A stretch of 55,222 nt of DNA, the filler included, from Sphacelaria rigidula (Eukaryota), in NCBI GenBank assembly GCA_964200075.2. It is 6 parts of 6 records of this genome, joined end to end, with 100 filler letters (N's around TTAATTAATTAA, not from the genome) between each part and the next. Parts side by side here need not be neighbours in the genome. Positions count along the whole stretch, not along the records: positions 18,443 to 27,563 come from CAXNAA020009253.1; positions 27,664 to 36,783 come from CAXNAA020009254.1; 4 more parts are not named here. One strand, 5' to 3'. Each line of letters opens with the position of its first letter. Positions within the stretch are counted from its first letter, which is position 1. The translations under genes and the position numbers were made by a program. Below are positions 24,521 to 35,465 of the stretch, piece by piece. The notes beneath the pieces are model-generated. The model had not been told where the DNA came from. It worked only from the letters and a program-made list of their open reading frames with translations, and did not search any database.

Positions 24521-24999
24521 GGCCGCTGATTATAACAGACAACAACGAAAAAAAATCTGGAAAAGTGATTTTTTGGAGCTTCTACATCGTTTTACGCCCT
24601 AAACGAGAGCTGGTCGGAGTTTGACACATTCGAATGACTTGCTCTACTCTTTAAGGCGGTGCCAGGATATCTTCCCGTTCTCCGGTGGCCACAGTTTTTA
24701 TTTTGGCCGAACAGGATTTTTTGTCCAAGAACGATAAAAAACGGCCAATCAAAAAAAAAATCGCCATTTTTCTCTGGACTTGACCGTTCTTGGACAAAAA
24801 TTCTTGTTTTGCCAAAAAAGAAAATGCGGCCACCGAAAATCGGGAAGATGCTCTGGAACCGCCCCAACTAGTAGAGCAAGTCATTCCAAAACGTCAAACT
24901 CCGCCTACCTCTCGTCTAGGGCGTGAAACGACGCAGAAGCGCCTAAAAGGCGTTTTTCCAGTTTTTTTTTTTTATCCTCGTCTGTTGAAAGCAGCGGCC
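24521..24999. mobile_element. Fold-back Tourist/PIF-like MITE (~210-bp degenerate arms)
   Basis: TCA|ggccgctg...cagcggcc|TTA; arms pair (ttacgccctaaacgagag / ctctcgtctagggcgtgaa; aatgacttgctctact / agtagagcaagtcatt); shares motifs with 42245-42813. Confidence 0.78.
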
Positions 25000-25225
25000 T
25001 TACGCTTTTTGGGTACGGGACTTCCGTTTTTTTTTTCTTGTCTTTTTCCATTTTCTTTTTCGTGCTTGTTGTGTTTTTTTCTGTTTTGTTCATCCCACGT
25101 GGTTCGCTACTGCAGTGTTTTTTGTTCTCTGTCCTCTTCTGGTGTTTGACGATGTGCAGTAGTCATACCGCGCCCTTCTTATGCTCCTTCTTTGTTGCTG
25201 CTGTTGCTGCCGCTCCAACGTGCAG

Positions 25226-25312
25226 GTACAAAGAAAGCAAAGCGTACCCACGAGAGCCTCGTGGGTATCTAGAGCTGAGGGGCTGCTTCTTGGTAAAAGG
25301 CGAATACCTCAG
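25226..25312 (+). CDS. Isolated exon, probably part of a PH domain
   Basis: tgcag|GTACAAA...CCTCAG|gtgcgt; one frame reads YKESKAYPREPRGYLELRGCFLVKGEYL, resembling the PH 'YxK...PxGxIxLxGCxV' strands. Another frame is also open. Confidence 0.5.
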
Positions 25313-25959
25313 GTGCGTGCGTGTCCATCTGTCGTATTCTGTGTGTATGTGCAGCACTGTCTGTGCGTTTGCGTATACTGTCGTATTACGAAGTGCGTCC
25401 GTCGTGTTTCTACTATAATCCATGTGAACGGTCAAGAGCACAGTACAGCTAGATCGCTACAGGCTGATTCAATGCCCTGTCGCCACAGTCCACAAGTCAC
25501 GCGCGGCTCTTTTTTTTTTCGAATTTCCGTGTGAATTTCAGACACCAGAGGAACAACTCTGAAGCCTACCATGCCACCGCCGTCAAATTCTCTAAATATT
25601 TTATCCCTAACTCCGAGCGATTAAAATTTATGGGGCTATTCTCAAATCCCTCGAAGTAAGCGAGAAGAAAAAGTAGAATTAGAACAGCAGTGACAAGGTA
25701 GGTCTCGGTGCGTTTTCTCTGGTTCCAGAGGTTTCACTCCGAGACTCGAGAAATTGAGCCGCGCATCGTCGTTTTGGTGTGTTCCCCACCGTGGACAACG
25801 GAATAGGCTGTCAAAAAGTGCACTGTGTACAGTATTGACTATTGCACCTATTGCAGCAGACATAGATTCCATACTGTACGCAGCACATTTTTTTGACAAG
25901 GTAATCCGTTGTCCAGACTGTGGTGTTTCCGCGTGAAAAAAAGTGCCCAGATGGTTGAA

Positions 25960-26090
25960 TGGTCAGACTGTCACCGTCAGGGTGAAGAGATCGTGGGTTC
26001 GAATCCGACGAGATGCGCTTTTGTTTTTCTTCGGAATATGTGATTTCCACCGGCGAAAGCGTGAGGACGTCAAGACAGATGGGTTAATCG
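25960..26090 (+). mobile_element. tRNA-headed SINE-like repeat (copies at ~26895-27042 minus and ~36884-36950 minus)
   Basis: A-box-like tggttgaatgg and B-box ggttcgaatcc, followed by a body (ttcggaat.tg.gatttccacc...gtgaggacgtca.gaca.atgggtt.atc) shared with the 26895-27042 copy. Confidence 0.65.
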
Positions 26091-26101
26091 ACGTGGAGAA
26101 A

Positions 26102-26628
26102 GTGGAGGCGATTCTGCCAGCCACGTATGATAACTATGATGAGACAATAAAATATCTCGACATCTGCGCAGCGTGAGGTTACCCACCGGGTCGTCGGTAT
26201 CGGCATGCACGAGTTCCGCACAGGTGCGTTGTACTTTCTGTACTACACGTCGCACTCCCTTGGCTGCCACGCCACCTTTTCCAAATAGTATTTTTGCGGG
26301 AGCTTTCTGGTGCCGAACCCGGGGCAATACACTTACGTGAATTGCAAACAGAAGTGGTACACTGCAGAGGATAGTGTGGGTGGTCTTTTCCACGACAACG
26401 ACAGCTTTGATAAGACGACGAGATTCCCACAAAAACATCATTATGCGGAAGGAGGCGTGGCAGCCAAGGGAGTGCCACGTGGAGTACAGAAAGTACGATG
26501 CACCGGGTGGGAGTGAGGGACTCGTGCATGTAGATACCGCCGACCCGGCTGGCAACCTCACGCCCCGCAGACGTCAAGATATTTTCCCGTCCCATCGTAG
26601 CTGTCATACATGGCAGAATCGCCGACAC
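26102..26628. repeat. Long imperfect fold-back (~205-bp arms, ~110-nt loop)
   Basis: gtggaggcgattctgcca...gtactttctgtact...cactcccttggctgccacgcc pairs with ggcgtggcagccaagggagtg...agtacagaaagtac...tggcagaatcgccgacac. Confidence 0.88.
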
Positions 26629-26894
26629 ATTCCTCCTAGCGAATATTCGGGCACGTGCCCTATTTAACCTTGTATATTATCGGCAAACGACCCTTTTTTT
26701 TTCACACCCTAAAACCCTCCCCTCCTCGGGACGAGTCCACACCCTGGACAATGGATTCTATTTTCATCAAATGTACTGCTCACAATATATAATATTTTGT
26801 CTGTTCCAATAGGCGCAACAGTTGATACTGTACGCAGTAGACTTTTTGACTGTGGATTCTTTTTTGTCCAGGTTATAGAAGAGTCCGTGGCCTG

Positions 26895-27042
26895 AAGGGA
26901 TCAACCCATTTGTCCTGACGTCCTCACATTTTCGAGGGTGGAAATCATACATTCCGAATGAGGAAAATAATGGATTGGGGGGAATCGACCCCTTGTTCTC
27001 TGCACCCTGATGATTACAGTCTCAGCATTAGACCACGGTTCC
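26895..27042 (-). mobile_element. tRNA-headed SINE-like repeat, second copy
   Basis: Reverse complement reads tggtctaatg...gactgtaatcatcagggtgcagagaacaaggggtcgattccc...gtgaggacgtcaggacaaatgggttgatc. Confidence 0.62.
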
Positions 27043-27663
27043 GCTAAGTACTTGATCCAGTATAATTTCGGTACACGATATTTTGCTGTGTATAAACACC
27101 GTTAAGTACATTAAGAGTTGTCGGAGCACAAGCGGCCGATCTCCCGATCGCAGGGGTATGTTTACTTTGCGGTATGTTGCCACGTTTCTTGAGATATGTT
27201 CGTTGGGAGGAATTTCAGTTTGAGGCCGGCCCAATCGTATGTTGCTCTTGAATGCGTACCCACGGGCTGGCTTCTCTGCTGCTGGGAATATATCATCCCT
27301 GTCCTGTATTGAGAGTAAGCAGACATGGAAGATATGAGGTGTATGTGAAGTGATGTACTCATGATCATGCATACCATAGTCATAATACCATTTATGTGAA
27401 GGGGGGGGGGGTGTACTTATAGTCTTGCATGCCGTAGTCATATGGCCGCTGGCCTCGCATCCCTACGAAGCCGGGACGGAGCACGCCGGGTTTTCGCCGC
27501 ACCAGGCTCGCACTCAATAACCAAGCGCGAAGCGCAGTGGTGTGTTCGGCGAGTCGCATGAAGNNNNNNNNNNNNNNNNNNNNNNNNNNNNNNNNNNNNN
27601 NNNNNNNTTAATTAATTAANNNNNNNNNNNNNNNNNNNNNNNNNNNNNNNNNNNNNNNNNNNN

Positions 27664-27860
27664 GAACCCCTCTCGCGATAAAAAATAAAGGCATGCACCG
27701 CAGAAGGAAGGTGGGGTACTAAAAACAAAACAAAAAGATAAAAACTCCTGTGTTGACCATCCTCCTGTGTGACCACGGCTGGTGCGCCCACATAAACCCA
27801 AAGATGTAGACCGGCGCCCAGAATAAATGGGACGACAACACACACAACACAACACACACA
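27664..27860 (+). mobile_element. 3' half of the tRNA-like-headed repeat seen at ~47044-47790, with CA-rich tail
   Basis: gaacccctctcgcga...gcaccgcagaaggaa.gtgg...ccagaataaatgg...gacaacacacac matches 47307-47430 plus 47735-47790. Confidence 0.72.
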
Positions 27861-28171
27861 GGTAGGTCACGTGTGAAGACAGTCGGGCTACAGTACAGTA
27901 ACACAATTCTGCCTCAAGAGAGAGCGCTGCGCTCACAATATATGCACACAAGAAAAAGCACGCTCGCGGTGTTGTTTCCAGTCACGCTAGTTTTGTAATG
28001 TACCACTCACATGAGTATTGATGTAAAAAAAAAATCCAACGCATTTAACCAGACAACGGGGGGCACAGTCAAGGACACGCAAAATGGTTTGACCCCGTGA
28101 TGCGCGCTGGCGTTCATTTCGAAACCACGTGACGGATCTATCGGAAGTCCTCCACACCAGATACATCCCAC

Positions 28172-28408
28172 CTGGTTGAACAGGTTGATCTCGTTGATGT
28201 AGCACTTATGAACCACCATCCGCATGTACTGTCCCGGCGCATTCACGTACACGCTCTTCAGCTCCCGCGCCTGATACTTCGACCGTTCATTGCTGTTGAG
28301 GCTCAGGTACCCCAACCGCCTGAACTGGGCAGACTCGTACGTGTCTCCGTGCCCCACGAACAGCTCGATCTGGGTGGCGATCTTGCTTTGGTGTGAAAGG
28401 ATTTGAAC
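28172..28408 (-). CDS. CEP104: Centrosomal protein CEP104, exon 3 (N-terminal jelly-roll domain)
   Basis: caag|GTTCAA...AACCAG|gtggga; VQILSHQSKIATQIELFVG...FRRLGYLSLNSNERSKYQARELKSVYVNAPGQYMRMVVHKCYINEINLFNQ contains the CEP104 signatures FRRLGY and ARELKSVYV. Confidence 0.93.
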
Positions 28409-30758
28409 CTTGAGTTTTTGAAGTCAATGCGTACAAGTCCACGGCAACGGTGGCGAGCGAGTTTTTGACGAGGACAGTTCCAGACGAGTACGAGTACCAT
28501 ACAACGTATCAACACTTCGCGTGACCCCTAGCGCGCCCAAAGCGCAGTTGTTGTGGGATCTTTGCGCCGCAAGATAGGTGTTGATATCATATATATCTGT
28601 ACCACACCTGCCGCTGGTTTGACGGTACAACAGGTACCATCAGGTCGGATGAATGTAGATTCTGTTCCCGGCAGACGCAGTTATGTTTTTGTAAATAGTA
28701 TTTGACATCCATCGTTAAAAAAAAGTGAGAGCGTGAGCTTACGAGAGCCACCGCGCTGCGAGAATGTTGGTCATGGCCCAATCCGCGATAACAAAATGCA
28801 AGGCGTGTACCGGGGCGGAGATAATCCCTCGTGAAATCGGATTTTTCCCGACGAAGGGAGGGGGCTGAAACAATAAAGGTACATCCGGCTGGTGCGACAG
28901 ATAGCATTCAAAGCCAACTTCGCAACTTCGTCTACGGAGTATTGAAGCAAAGGCTTTCGGTCTAGATGACGTTCATCTTCGCGGTTATTGCCTATAAAAT
29001 GTAGTATGTTTGACCACTTGGGCTCAAATACAAAAGCGCCCCGCAACCACCTTCGCTCGGAACTGCACGGGGACATCCATTGGGGATGGGTATCAGTGCT
29101 ACATCTGCCTTTTGACAATGCAGACAAGAAGCAAAAGTACTCTATTCGCCTCTTACAGCCATGCGCAAAAGGGGATTCGAATCCCATTCCCCAGCGCGCC
29201 CTGCATGGACCAGGCGATTGCAAGCTACTCCGGATGCAGTCTTATTTTCTGGACCCTAATTTATCTGGGACTTTGTGCTCTCTTTTCTTGTCAAGGCCTT
29301 GGCGCTTGTACCTTTTTTAGTCACAGCGCGGCGGTAGGTAACACGTAGCAAAGGCGACCATGGCACCGCAGAATTGAATTTTTACCGGCGTATTCATCGT
29401 TCAGAAACATAGCGACTAACCCCTCAGGCTAGCCTGATATTAGCCCCCGGTTGTTCGTTTGTTCGTTTGTTTTGGTTGGTCGTTTGTTTGGCTTGTTTTA
29501 TCCAGCAAACATTGCTTTGTGACGGTTACATAGCGGTGGAACCCACAGGCGGGGCAATAAGAGACTTTCAATTTGTCGGCACAGAGGAGTGGCGATGTGT
29601 TCTCCGGTTACTCCTTCATCGCCTCATCCCTCGACCTAACTTAATACAAGTGTATCCAACTACACGACCTAAAGAGGGCAGGTCAACAAGGTCCCACCGA
29701 CACGAGATGTTGAACAACACGCTATAGCGTCGTGCCGTCTCGTAATGTGTTATGGCCGACGAAGGATCTGGATCATTTCCGGGCGTTTTTCGGTGAATGT
29801 GCAACATGTTTGTATTCCATTCAGCATTCTCATCAGTCCGACTGTGGTGGATGGAGGCGTGCCTGCTTTGGTTGGTGACCACGCTTTTCGATACTGTTGG
29901 ACAATATCCTCCTATTCTCAATTAGTAACTAGGTGGACACATTCGCTTATGTGGACGGTTCAAAAGTGTGGTACCCAGCACTGCTCTTGATGTCACTTCA
30001 GACCAAGATAGGCGTCAACTACCCCGACTTGCAGACCACAGTCCAGGCTTGTCCCACGGACCAAGGACCTTCAACAAGGGAACTGGGCAGATACCCTTGA
30101 TACAAGTACCACTGCCGAGACACAAATTCATCACATCGTTTCGAAGACAAGTACTCGTAGCCCCAACATGTCACTCACTGGCAGCTGGCAAGATTGACAT
30201 CTAAACGGAAAGGGCTATTATGTACACGTGATATATATTAGTACCGAAAGGGAGATGCACCGAGCACTTGTACAAGATCCTTGTCTTCTTGATGGGACCC
30301 AGTTCGTACTGTCTATACAGTAGTGACGGCAATGATGGTGACTGTACTGCAGTACAGATGGGAGTTGTGTCTGTATTGTAGGGTACTGTACCTGTACTGC
30401 GTGTACTGTTGTGGTTGTACACCTACTGGAAGTCCAAATGCGTACACACTCTGGGATGGCATCCCAGACAAAGCCAGGAGAGGTTGTCTCTTGGTACAAG
30501 TACTTGGAAGTTGTGAATTCGTGGAGGCAACCTACAATAACCGTGCCAATAGCTCATCTGACAGCTCAACAAAATGACTTCCACAACAAGCCTTACCTTT
30601 GCGTGGTCAATCAACCAACGGCCGAAATGAGAACCATCGCTGCTACGGCCGGTACTGCTGCTGTACTGCACTGTTGTGCTGTTGTGCTTATCGTGACGGT
30701 GCTGTTGTTATTCTACCCCCTCTATGCACTTGCTGTCGCTACTGTTGGGGCACCTCAC

Positions 30759-30849
30759 CTGTGTCACCCGAGCCGGCGCCTCCCATGCCAATCCCAGCTC
30801 CTGCGGGTAGTCACAGAACTGCGGGCTCTGCCATCCCCTGGTGTGAGGA
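30759..30849 (-). CDS. CEP104: CEP104, exon 2
   Basis: ccag|TCCTCAC...ACACAG|gtgagg; (S)PHTRGWQSPQFCDYPQELGLAWEAPARVTQ matches the CEP104 'GWxSxxFCxxPQE' motif; phases fit. Confidence 0.9.
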
Positions 30850-31032
30850 CTGGTCCACCGTCCGTGTGCGTAGAGACACGGCAAACGACGCAAACACCAC
30901 CGACCCCCGCCAAAAGCAGGTGCAATCCAAATTCAAAAAAACTCAGCTTCATCAGATCGGCCACGGAAATAGAGAATACCAAGCGACTGTAATTTTCGTG
31001 TCTTACCGATCACTACCCATTTCCTCCTTCAC

Positions 31033-31112
31033 CTGTGCGCATTGAGCTCATTCGCAGGGTACTCTGGCTCCTCGCCCGAGCAGTAGCACACCGAGAATCT
31101 TAGCTTCGACAT
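31033..31112 (-). CDS. CEP104: CEP104, first coding exon
   Basis: ATG at 31112; MSKLRFSVCYCSGEEPEYPANELNAH(S); donor CACAG|gtgaag, phase 2. Confidence 0.88.
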
Positions 31113-31938
31113 CCTGTTGGGTGGTACTTCTCGCTAAATGATACAGCCCTCAGAATGCATGTCATCCGACATGTGTGGTCTAGTCATGCTCCAATCATTG
31201 TGTTTTCTGTTTCATCGCAAATTCATCGTGTTCTTCTATGATCTGCTGAGATTAATGGATTAGCGGTGCTTTGTAACTTCGATTAAAGACAGCGTATATT
31301 ATGCCGTGATGATTTAATGGGATTCATTATTTTAATTTCCAGTCTCTTGTGATCTGCTGCCATTTGACCGCGGGTCTGACGAGACTTAGTGTTTCGAAAC
31401 AGCTCTATAGGTGTACCTTTTGTGATGGGTTATTCGACGCATCGGACTTGATACGGAGAGCGGACACGAAGGGGAGGAATACAACGCTATAGTCTTGGAT
31501 ATATAGGGATCTACTGGATCAAACGGCTCAAGTTTAAAGTGGTTGGTGATCCTGAAGCAACGCAAACGCTGGCATACACCATGCCTGATCATGGACAGCA
31601 GGGGCCAACCGCTGCTTCTTTATGTACCTCCCCAACTGCCGGAATGAGGGCACGACTTGCTGCGTCGGAGGCACAGCTGGTGAGAACAGGGGGGGAGGGG
31701 AGGTAGAAGAGATACATTATAGAGAGATAGGCCGGAATATGTACATGGATTCACTTTGCTGGCTGATTATCGAAGGGCTGTCGAAGGTGTGACGACATCA
31801 CTCACCCCTCCACTATTGTAGGCATACGACGGGATAATATACCATAATTTCATAATTTCGCAAAAATATGATGTATATTTGCCCGCATTATGCATCTTGC
31901 AGATACTGCCGTACCGTTCGGATTTTCCGTTGGGTGTA

Positions 31939-33461
31939 CAGGCTGGTTCACGGAAAACCCCCCAACTACACTCATCAGCAAAGCTTCACGCCGTTTTAAG
32001 GAGTTAGACCCTGAACTTTTGCACAGGTGTCCTATGGGTCATTACGCATATATGCAAGGACGAGTTTTTTTTTTTTACTTTTTTACTTTTTCACCGTTGT
32101 TCCGGGATCCCAGTTTTGTCGGGAAAACTTCGATCCAGTCGGACTCCCGTAAAACAGTAAACAAAACAACAAAACAACAAAAAAACCTCGTCCTTACAAA
32201 GTTGCGTAATGATCCATGGAACACCTATGCAAAATTTTAGGGTCTAACTCCTTGAAACGGCGTAAAGTTTTTCGCGTTTGTGCGTGAACCTTGCTGTGCC
32301 ACGGTGAAACGGCAAACCAGTACACTTTAGTTTTAAAATGGCGTTTCCGGGCCTTTTTCGACGTGGAACATAAAAATTTAAGCACCAATTAATCGAGGTT
32401 GGCCACGCAACTTCGTAGGGTTCTTCCTCTGGGTTTTGTGTTGGCAGAGCGTTCGCGAGAAAAATGAAAAAAAAAATACTGTAGTGCCGGTTTTCGGGGG
32501 TCCCAGAATGGATGACTTCGGAAAAACGACTAGGATCCCGTCGGACCCCCGAAAAACGTCGGACCTCCGAAAAACCTCGTTGATCGAAATTTGCGTAGTG
32601 ATTCATAGCATGTTTGTGCAAAGTTTCAGGGTTTAACTCCTAATAATGTGAAGATTTGCGCGTTGGTGCGAGGATGTGAGCTTCAAACGTGCAAACTTCT
32701 AACTACTTGGTTTGAGAATAAACACATCTTTTAGGGTGAATTTTACGTCAAGGCAGGAAAAACTGTTTGAGATTTTCGAGTTTTTCCACCAAAAATTGTA
32801 CATGTGTTCCTTGGACCATCCTGGGACGCATCATGTCATTATTTTTTCTTTCGAGTCATTCTGTACCGCCTTTCTGGGGGTCTTTTTACTGGGACCCCCG
32901 GAAGCCGGTAGAGAGCGGAAAAACCTCGAACCCTTCCCAAGAACACAATTTTTCCATTTGGAGCATCAATATCTACGGAATTGCCAAGTTTGAGGATGAT
33001 CTGAGCTTTTCTACAACAGATACAAGGGAAATCGTCACGAGGCTCCCTGAGTCTTTCCTGTGTATCTTGAGTCGAAATTTGAATACGCCAAACTCCACAT
33101 CACCGAAATATTACGGTTTCGGGTATACTTCGACCCCCTTCGAACCGTTTTCAAATCCGCTTCTCCCGTTAGATTCTTGAGGTGATGACGGTCATTACGA
33201 TTTGACGCATGTGAAGATTCGGTGGAAATTGGGCTCGGAATTCGTATTTTTAATTTCGGAACAGTTGAAAAGGCGCTGATTGGTCAAGACATATTTTTGT
33301 CCATAACGCCACCGCTATAGCCTTGAAAAAAATCCGGCTGTGTCACCCTTTTCTTCTGTTCATTGTGGTCAGTATGATACCATGTATGCGACTATTGGGT
33401 GCGTATTGCAGAAGGCATTTGCTGATGACAGAATCTGGGTTTTTTGCCGTGAACCAGCCTG
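31939..33461. mobile_element. 1.5-kb non-autonomous Tc1/mariner-like element (TA TSD) upstream of CEP104
   Basis: TA|caggctggttcacggaaaaccc...tcatcagcaaa ... tttgctgatga...gggttttttgccgtgaaccagcctg|TA; internal inverted repeat ~31988-32048 / ~32203-32265. Confidence 0.83.
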
Positions 33462-33843
33462 TATGTATGTCCAGTGTGTGGATCTGAAACATTTCCCCGA
33501 CGTTTTGACTCAATGATGGTATGAACGTAAGGATGACCTCACTTACTCGCGAGTAAAGATGCCTGTCTTCGGTGTGCGCTTAGCTTGTACCCACTATCAC
33601 GTGATGCGGCGAGGTAGTGATATGTGTAGTACTGTTGTTTTTTCGCCCCAGCTTCAGCACATTCGGAAGCTCCGTCCTTCCTGCTGCAGGCGCATCGCTC
33701 AAGTATGGTTAAGAGTGGATTGTGATTGCCGATTGTTTGAGCCGGTGTACTGTAGCAGTGCGCTGCCCACTTACTACGTAGCGCATGAGCAAGTGAGCTT
33801 CTTCTCAGCGAGATATTGCCGTTGATCGTTTTTCCATTGGAAG

Positions 33844-34005
33844 GGGTGTAATCCAGCGGAAGACCTCGACGCCAGCGCAAGACTTCTGGTCGAACCCGTG
33901 GCTGTCAGCGCCGCCGACAACAACGACGCCTGGACTTGCCCTATCTGCTTGAGCTGGTTCGACATGCCCGTAGCTCCTCCTTGCCGTCACTCTTTCTGCT
34001 CGGGG
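33844..34005 (+). CDS. RING-finger (C3HC4-type) exon, N-terminal half of the domain
   Basis: ggaag|GGGTGT...TCGGGG|gtgagt; ...DAWTCPICLSWFDMPVAPPCRHSFCSG (CxxC...CxHxFC). A clean exon for the second half was not found. Confidence 0.7.
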
Positions 34006-34102
34006 GTGAGTGGACTGCAAGATGTTGATGTTTGCAAACACCAGGCCATCCCTTGTTCAGTCATGGCAACACTATCTGTCTGCTCGGTCCAGTAGAGTCA
34101 AC

Positions 34103-34353
34103 CCCAGTTCGGCTACAATCTACTCATAGAGTATAATAGTTAATATTACTTGATTTGAGTCTAAACAAAGAGGTTCGGATCTTGAATGGAGCTTACAGTC
34201 CCGCGTCACCGATTTGAAGGTCTGCCAACGCACACTTCGCCTAGACAATTCTTTACACCGCCATTACCAGAGGGCTCTCGGGATGCCTTAGGTTGGGGTC
34301 AGGGTTAGCGGTCAAGAATTTGTCAACCGTGAGTAGATTGTAGCCGAACTGGG
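34103..34353. mobile_element. MITE with perfect 24-bp TIR and CCC termini
   Basis: cccagttcggctacaatctactca ... tgagtagattgtagccgaactggg; internal ttaggttggggtcagggttag; TSD ambiguous (ac/at). Confidence 0.8.
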
Positions 34354-34585
34354 ATAAGCCCACCTCGCTCCGTCGAAGCATGTCACACCTGTTTGTTGCA
34401 GGGTTGTACACCCAGAGTACTACAAGCGACCTTGGGTATGCTACAATATCTAGCGATCACCCTGACTCCTCGACCGCCAGAATGGATTATTTGTTGACTG
34501 AGCATAATGTTCAGGTACCACCCCGATCACCCACCGTGCTGGTCAAAGGGTCATGAAGGTAGTACAGAAGGACCCTGCCTGCTTG

Positions 34586-35465
34586 GACCCACTTTAATGG
34601 CAAGCACAAATCTCGATTTTTTTTAATCGGGGGGACAAAAAATCGGGGAACGCATTGTATAGACACGGATTTGGACCAAATCGGGGGCGAAATAATCGGG
34701 GGGTCACGATTTCGGAATGGTTTCTCCCAATTTTTCGAAAAAATCGGGGGAAATCGTTCCGAAATCGTGACTCCCCGCGAATTTTTTGAGGTGACGCACG
34801 CGCATTGACGTACACTGCCAGAGGACGAAGGGTTTGATATGTTTGCAACGGCACCAGAAGACAGTCTCGTGACAGCACAGGGCATACCTACTTCCCGCCG
34901 CAGCTGCTGGAGCAACTTCGCACGGGGTTTGACAAGTGGATAATAAGTGCTGACGCCGTGCCCTGCGGCGATGGTAATATTTTATGCTGCGCTGCGCTGC
35001 CATATGTATCACTATAACGAACGCTACCGTACTCTCCTAGCTGTTGCCGTTGTGCTTGCTTGAGGGGTGATGTACGGCACTGCACTACTGAACTCTGCTC
35101 GAGCACTGTTTGTTCTCTGTTCTCGCAATACCGACTCTGCCATCATGTACCACCACACGGCATTATATGTACTGTACTGATGAAGTGTCCTGCACTGTAT
35201 TACCCTATGGTATGAAGGTACGATACTGTCCTCGAAGGGTTGTTTACCGCCTGCCTGCTCTTCGGCTTGATGCACGAGTACGCAGTACCACACTCATGAA
35301 AAAAATCACCGTCTGTGTACAGAACCGTTTCACAAATCTGTGATACTGTACTGTCTGTGCCATAAAACGGTCCCCCCGATTCTGAGTCCACGAATTTGAG
35401 TCCCCTCGATTTTTTCAAAGTCGTCCCAAAAGAAAATCGAGATTCGTTTGCCGTAAAAGTGGGTC
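34586..35465. mobile_element. Non-autonomous TIR element (PIF/Harbinger-like, flanks TTG/TTA)
   Basis: gacccactttaatggcaa ... ttgccgtaaaagtgggtc; repeated subterminal AAATCGGG motifs; the right end recurs at 9222-9429. Confidence 0.75.

Noticed and set aside
25960..26015. Functional tRNA gene
   Set aside because: A and B boxes are present but I could not form a good acceptor or anticodon stem, and diverged copies share a non-tRNA body.
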